From: Hyperthermus butylicus DSM 5456
GTDB taxonomy: Archaea > Thermoproteota > Thermoprotei_A > Sulfolobales > Pyrodictiaceae
Assembly: GCF_000015145.1 (NCBI RefSeq)
Contig: NC_008818.1
Span: 900,001 to 932,000, forward strand
DNA length: 32,000 nucleotides
Reading direction: 5' to 3'
In this document: positions 27,841 to 32,000 of the stretch, in pieces
How positions within the stretch are numbered: the first letter of the stretch is position 1
Layout of the letters: each line of letters starts with the position of its first letter
Program-made: the position numbers and the translations under genes
The notes under the pieces: model-generated
What the model saw: only the letters and a program-made list of their open reading frames with translations
What the model was told of the DNA's origin: nothing
Database searches by the model: none

Positions 27841-28578
27841 ATGAAGCCCCAGCACATAAGAGTGAGCCCGGACCGTGTTGCAGCTAAAGTGGTTGTAGTG
27901 GGTGATCCTGCCAGGGCTCGGTTCATAGCCGAGCACCTTCTCGAGGATGCCGAGCTGGTTAACGAGGAGAGGTGCTTCCACCTCTATACTGGGTTCTACC
28001 GTGGGGAGAGAATTAGCGTAGCCGTGCATGGTGTAGGTGCAGCTTCCTCAGCTATAGTCTTTGAGGAGCTTAGAATGCTCGGTGCAAAGGTCATGGTCCG
28101 GCTTGGTACTGCTGGTGCGCTAATGCCAGAGCTTGATATAGGTGACATGGTTGTCGCTACTGGTGCAGCCTACGTTCACGGAGGAACCATAGGCTCCTAC
28201 GTCCCCGATGCTTGTATGGCCACAGCACCAAACCCGTTGCTTCTCACAAAGCTATATGATTATGCTAAGAGGATACACGGTCGTGTAGTCTTAGGTCCCG
28301 TGTTTAGCAGCGATGCCTTCTATGCTGAGGATCCGGAGTTCGCCAAGAAATGGTTCTCAAGAGGCATAGTGGCTGTTGAAATGGAGGTTGCAACTCTCTA
28401 CGCACTGGCGGCGCTGAGGAGGTTCGATGCTGCAGCTGCACTCGTCATATCTGATAACCTCGTCGTACCAGGTAAGGAGGAGTTACGGCACCACCGCGAG
28501 CTTGAACCCTACGTGGAAAAGGCTGCCAAAGCAGTGCTCGAGGCGCTTAGAGACTATAATCCCAGTAATATAAGCTAA
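27841..28578 (+). CDS. Purine nucleoside/uridine phosphorylase family protein
   Basis: VVVVGDPARARFIAEHL, VRLGTAGAL, GIVAVEMEVATLYALAA, SDNLV: PNP_UDP_1 signature. Confidence 0.93.
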   Translation: MKPQHIRVSPDRVAAKVVVVGDPARARFIAEHLLEDAELVNEERCFHLYTGFYRGERISVAVHGVGAASSAIVFEELRMLGAKVMVRLGTAGALMPELDIGDMVVATGAAYVHGGTIGSYVPDACMATAPNPLLLTKLYDYAKRIHGRVVLGPVFSSDAFYAEDPEFAKKWFSRGIVAVEMEVATLYALAALRRFDAAAALVISDNLVVPGKEELRHHRELEPYVEKAAKAVLEALRDYNPSNIS

Positions 28579-28621
28579 TGGTTACCTGGAGCCTATGAGG
28601 AGGCCTTGGACGTGCTGAAGG

Positions 28622-28999
28622 GTGAAGAGAGCCGTGGCTCCCGAGGCTCTAGCCGAGGATGTGCGTAGAATCATGAGAGGGAAGGGGCTAGAGGTTAGCG
28701 AAACCCGTTCGCGTCAAGCAACACTGGACGGTGAGATGATAGGATACCACTCCGTCTCCGGCTACAAGCAGGGCTCATACAAGGTTACGGTTAGGCTTAG
28801 CCCGGAACCTGCGAGCACAACAGTGGTCATCAATGCTGCTAGTGAGCAGCAAGCTCAGAGTGCAGCTACACGCCTCGAAAAGCTAGGATTCAATGTTGAC
28901 GTTGAGGGTGAGAGGGTACACGCATCGATAAAAACCGTGCAAGCAAACATTTTATCAAAGGCTATCGACATTGCTGAGGAGGCTTCAAAGCAGTCTTAG
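28622..28999 (+). CDS. Hypothetical protein (125 aa)
   Basis: ORF downstream of the phosphorylase, GTG start, overlaps the next ORF by 29 nt. Confidence 0.55.
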   Translation: MKRAVAPEALAEDVRRIMRGKGLEVSETRSRQATLDGEMIGYHSVSGYKQGSYKVTVRLSPEPASTTVVINAASEQQAQSAATRLEKLGFNVDVEGERVHASIKTVQANILSKAIDIAEEASKQS

Positions 29000-30074
29000 A
29001 GACTATGTTCGCAAGTACATTGTAAGGCTGAACTGCAACGCTGGAGGCACGACGTGCAAACCGTCAAGCACCGAGTGCCAGAGGTTTCTCGCCGAGCCAA
29101 ACCTTCCACAGGCACTACTGCTAGCTGGCTACCGGCTACTAGACTGTACCTGCAGCAGTGGCGGGGGTGTCAGCATAGAGCTCGTTGGGACGAGCGGGGA
29201 CACTATACCGGCAAGACTCTGCCTAGACTGTGGAAGCATATTTCCAGCCCTTACCCTTAAAGCTCAGCTGCCACTCTCAACCAGTATTCCACCCTACCGT
29301 GGCCCCATCCAGGAAGCTATGCTAAAGACTGTAGAGACTATTGCGCAGTTCTGCGCACATAGGAAGGGGCTACCACTACTCCTTGACACAGTGTTGGCCG
29401 AGCCAGCAAGAATGTGTAAGGTTAAGCTGGGCTGTAGGCCGATACATATCTCATCATTCGAGAAAGCAGATTTAGGCACGGTATCGCCACGGATAAAGCT
29501 TCCAACAATACTGTCATGGATTACATTGAGGCTCCGAAAAAGCATCGAAATTGAAGCACCATGGCTCTGTGTGGAGTCCAACAACGGGGCGCTGCAGCTT
29601 GTCTGCTTGAGCGAGACATGCAGATTTGAGGTAACACATTGTGGAAGCGTGAGGCTCATCCATGGCAAGGCTATAGCTCTGCCATCATCTACGAGGTGTA
29701 GCCCAGCACTACTCCACCTGGTGTACCTTTACGGCACACTATACAAGAGCATTGATGACGTAAATGTAAAGCCCTGCATCTGGAGCATGACAGGTCTAGC
29801 CATACTAGGCGCCTGGTACTCTACTGGCGAGAATGGAGAATCAATGATGCTACTGGTCTGGAATCCGCTCAAGAAGAGTAAGCTCCACGAAATAGTATTT
29901 GAGAGACATAGGATTGTAGAGGCAAAGCTTACAAGTCCCGCCACCTGGTTGGAGGAGCAGCTCATACCTCAGTACAATAGGCTACGTATACCACTACCGC
30001 CACATGGGGCTAGGCTGGTCTATGTTAGGCTTCGAAAGCTGCCAAGACTATTGTCGAAGAATGCTAATGGTTAG
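28971..30074 (+). CDS. Hypothetical Cys-rich protein (367 aa) with CxC...CxxC
   Basis: Long ORF; LLDCTCSSGGG...ARLCLDCGSIF suggests a split metal-binding knuckle; no family recognised; exact start unclear. Confidence 0.6.
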   Translation: MLRRLQSSLRDYVRKYIVRLNCNAGGTTCKPSSTECQRFLAEPNLPQALLLAGYRLLDCTCSSGGGVSIELVGTSGDTIPARLCLDCGSIFPALTLKAQLPLSTSIPPYRGPIQEAMLKTVETIAQFCAHRKGLPLLLDTVLAEPARMCKVKLGCRPIHISSFEKADLGTVSPRIKLPTILSWITLRLRKSIEIEAPWLCVESNNGALQLVCLSETCRFEVTHCGSVRLIHGKAIALPSSTRCSPALLHLVYLYGTLYKSIDDVNVKPCIWSMTGLAILGAWYSTGENGESMMLLVWNPLKKSKLHEIVFERHRIVEAKLTSPATWLEEQLIPQYNRLRIPLPPHGARLVYVRLRKLPRLLSKNANG

Positions 30075-30438
30075 CGGGGCATGTTGATGCACTACCAAGT
30101 TTTTCAACTCTCTTGCGTAGCTCTCGACATAGATTGCACATCTCGTTCGAAATTTCCCTATTGTCTATGTTGCCGCTAACTACACGCTCGGCAAGCTTAA
30201 ATATATGTTGATACAGCTGCTCGTCATTCAATATAGTGTCTATGTAGTCGCTACCTCTCCTCCGTAACAAGTAGTTAGATATGGCAGCCGGTGTTAGTCG
30301 GAGAAGCTTGGCAGCCTTGTATATTGATAGGCCATAGTCTCTCACGAGCACAATAGCTATTGAAGCCCTAATGGATGGAACATACTTCTTAACTGCTACT
30401 TCGCACGGTGTTACGAGTAGTGTTTGCTCACCATTCAT
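30064..30438 (-). CDS. Predicted archaeal HTH transcriptional regulator (COG2522-like)
   Basis: TPCEVAVKKYVPSIRASIAIVLVRDYGLSIYKAAKLLRLTPAAISNYLLRRRG; C-terminal CNLC motif. Confidence 0.8.
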   Translation of the reverse strand: MNGEQTLLVTPCEVAVKKYVPSIRASIAIVLVRDYGLSIYKAAKLLRLTPAAISNYLLRRRGSDYIDTILNDEQLYQHIFKLAERVVSGNIDNREISNEMCNLCRELRKRVEKLGSASTCPANH

Positions 30439-30548
30439 AGCGGCTAGCCCATATTTTCAGCTGTTTAGATTCCGGGCTAATAATAGCTTTCCTTAGCTCA
30501 TTGTAGTATCCGGATGGTGTATTATAAGAGGGAAAATATTCGAAGCAT

Positions 30549-30568
30549 ACGAAACTTGTATGTTTCGT
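30549..30568. promoter_or_regulatory. Candidate operator: 7-bp inverted repeat with 6-bp spacer
   Basis: ACGAAAC-TTGTAT-GTTTCGT in the divergent gap between the HTH regulator and the disulfide oxidoreductase. Confidence 0.45.
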
Positions 30569-30667
30569 TTCAGTGAAAAGAAATTAAGAGCATATTGTTT
30601 AAAGTAGAGAGTATGGCTTCCGCGGGTGGGAAGTAAAAGGTGGGTAGCAGTGTTCGACCCTGTAAAA

Positions 30668-31375
30668 ATGGAGATAGACAAGGAGACTAGGGATGCGATT
30701 AAGGAAGCTTTTGAGGATCTCGTGAAGCCGGTTGAAATAAACGTCTTCATAGGTCCTAATTGCAGGTATTGTGACGAGACAGTAAAGATAGCTAAGGTTC
30801 TCGAAGAGGAGGCACCGGTAAAGAATGGCAAAAAACTAGTAACCATGAAGATATACGAGAAAGATAAACATGTCGATGTATTTAAGAAACATGGTGTGGA
30901 AAGAATACCAAGCTTAACCCTTGTCGAGGGAAGGATAAAGTATACCGGTACGCCTAGCGGTGAGGAGCTAAGAGGGCTCGTTGAGACAATAATAAGAATC
31001 TCTCAAGAGGATAGTGGTCTCGACGAGACAACAGTTGAGAAAATAAAGTTGATAGAAAAACCGGTTCACGTGGAAATCATTGTTACCCCGCAGTGCCCGT
31101 ACTGCCCCTATGCGGCACTACTATCAAACATGTTCGCCTATGAAGCGTGGAGAAACGGTAAGACCGACTTCGTATCGGAGATTGTTGAAGCCTATGAGAA
31201 TCCCGACATAGCTGACAAGTATGGTGTAACATCAGTACCAGCAATAGCTATCAACGGTGTGCTAGCATTCGTCGGCGTGCCTTACGAGGAAGACTTCATA
31301 GAGAGAATCATCGATGTAGTTGAGCGTAGGAGGACCATAAAGACAGAGTTCCTTGAAGGAGCAACCGGCATCTAG
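30668..31375 (+). CDS. Protein disulfide oxidoreductase (two thioredoxin/glutaredoxin folds)
   Basis: CRYC and CPYC active-site motifs, VTSVPAIAINGVLAFVG. ATG at 30668 fits the PDO start better than the supplied GTG at 30626. Confidence 0.93.
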   Translation: MEIDKETRDAIKEAFEDLVKPVEINVFIGPNCRYCDETVKIAKVLEEEAPVKNGKKLVTMKIYEKDKHVDVFKKHGVERIPSLTLVEGRIKYTGTPSGEELRGLVETIIRISQEDSGLDETTVEKIKLIEKPVHVEIIVTPQCPYCPYAALLSNMFAYEAWRNGKTDFVSEIVEAYENPDIADKYGVTSVPAIAINGVLAFVGVPYEEDFIERIIDVVERRRTIKTEFLEGATGI

Positions 31376-31435
31376 ACAAAGATTCCCGGTAGGTCGATAG
31401 ACTCGTCTGCCTATCTGGCTTTTTATAAAATAACT

Positions 31436-31454
31436 CCTATAGCCAGGCTATAGG
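31436..31454 (-). terminator. Possible hairpin terminator/processing site downstream of the sRNA (and gatE)
   Basis: Perfect 9-bp inverted repeat CCTATAGCC-A-GGCTATAGG followed on the minus strand by AGTTATTTTATAAAAA. Confidence 0.4.
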
Positions 31455-31518
31455 GGCTCAGCCAAATGCCTTCTCATCACGGTTCCCGATTCAGCGACGG
31501 GAGTACTCGTCACAGCCC
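31453..31518 (-). ncRNA. Box C/D guide sRNA
   Basis: Minus strand: GGGC-T-GTGACGA(C)-GTACTCCCGTCG-CTGA(D')-ATCGGGAACC-GTGATGA(C')-GAAGGCATTTGG-CTGA(D)-GCCCC. Both guides exactly 12 nt, GGGC/GCCC terminal stem. Confidence 0.85.
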
Positions 31519-31569
31519 ATTCAGAAGAGGAAAGGGGAGGAAGCCTCCCTAATCCATATAGTGGCGGTA

Positions 31570-32000
31570 CTAGTTACCACCCAGCAGCTCTTCGATTTTG
31601 CGCTTAGCTATACTTGCTACCAGCTTACCGTCGACCTTGCCTCTTAGCTTTGGCATTACACGGCCCATAACCTTGTTTAGTGCCGCCAGCCCTCTCGCCC
31701 TAATCTCGGCTTCGAGCTGCTTTACAGCCTCCTCGACAAGTTTCTCGACCTTCTCCACAGGTACCGTCTCTATGCCCAGCTCGCGTACAGCCTCTTCGAC
31801 GCTCCTTGATGGATTCTCTGCCAGGTACTTTATGAGGTCTGGCACAGCATCCTTGGAGACTTTGCCCTCTGCTATAGCCCTCACGATCTCTTCTATATGG
31901 GTGTCTGAAAGGTTGCTAACGGGTACTCCTTCCCTTGCAAGGCTTCTCAGTATGTTTGTGAATAATGATGCTATGTAGGATGGTGCTACGCGGCTCCCAT
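31570..32000 (-). CDS. gatE: Glutamyl-tRNA(Gln) amidotransferase subunit E, C-terminal portion (truncated by the window)
   Basis: YqeY-like tail ...RGLAALNKVMGRVMPKLRGKVDGKLVASIAKRKIEELLGG; the frame stays open upstream to the window edge (GSRVAPSYIASLFTNILRSLAREGVPVSNLSDTHIEEIV...). Confidence 0.85.
   Translation of the reverse strand, partial: GSRVAPSYIASLFTNILRSLAREGVPVSNLSDTHIEEIVRAIAEGKVSKDAVPDLIKYLAENPSRSVEEAVRELGIETVPVEKVEKLVEEAVKQLEAEIRARGLAALNKVMGRVMPKLRGKVDGKLVASIAKRKIEELLGGN

Noticed and set aside
1-32000. CRISPR arrays, transposons, integrases, toxin-antitoxin or defence islands
   Set aside because: No direct-repeat arrays, transposase/recombinase motifs or defence-type proteins were seen; gene content is core chromosomal.

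Overview
This window looks like a gene-dense hyperthermophilic crenarchaeal chromosome segment, with no sign of a mobile island, CRISPR array or tRNA. Its core is an information-processing block: PolB C-terminus, MCM, GINS23-type subunit, RFC small subunit (split by an apparent 1-nt deletion), RFC large subunit, Orc1/Cdc6, topoisomerase IA, RNA polymerase subunit Rpo6, thermosome and GatE C-terminus. Metabolic and membrane genes also present are moaC, enolase, a nucleoside phosphorylase, a TrkA-N protein, an MscS channel, signal peptidase and protein disulfide oxidoreductase. The least ordinary items are: (1) three minus-strand candidates for box C/D guide sRNAs (27719-27791, 27572-27654, 31453-31518). 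All end in CTGAGCCCC with exactly 12-nt D guides, and the 31453-31518 one has complete C/D'/C'/D architecture plus a plausible LSU rRNA target. (2) Two GC-rich intergenic structured-RNA candidates that do not fit known classes I can recognise (2198-2282 and 27027-27106). (3) An ABC ATPase / 1555-aa multi-domain ectoprotein / FtsX-MacB permease cassette. (4) The rfcS frameshift, repairable by one inserted base. (5) Ser/Thr/Arg-rich low-complexity tails shared by RFC-L and an unrelated zinc-ribbon protein. All calls were made by eye from sequence and the supplied ORFs; no searches or folding programs were run.
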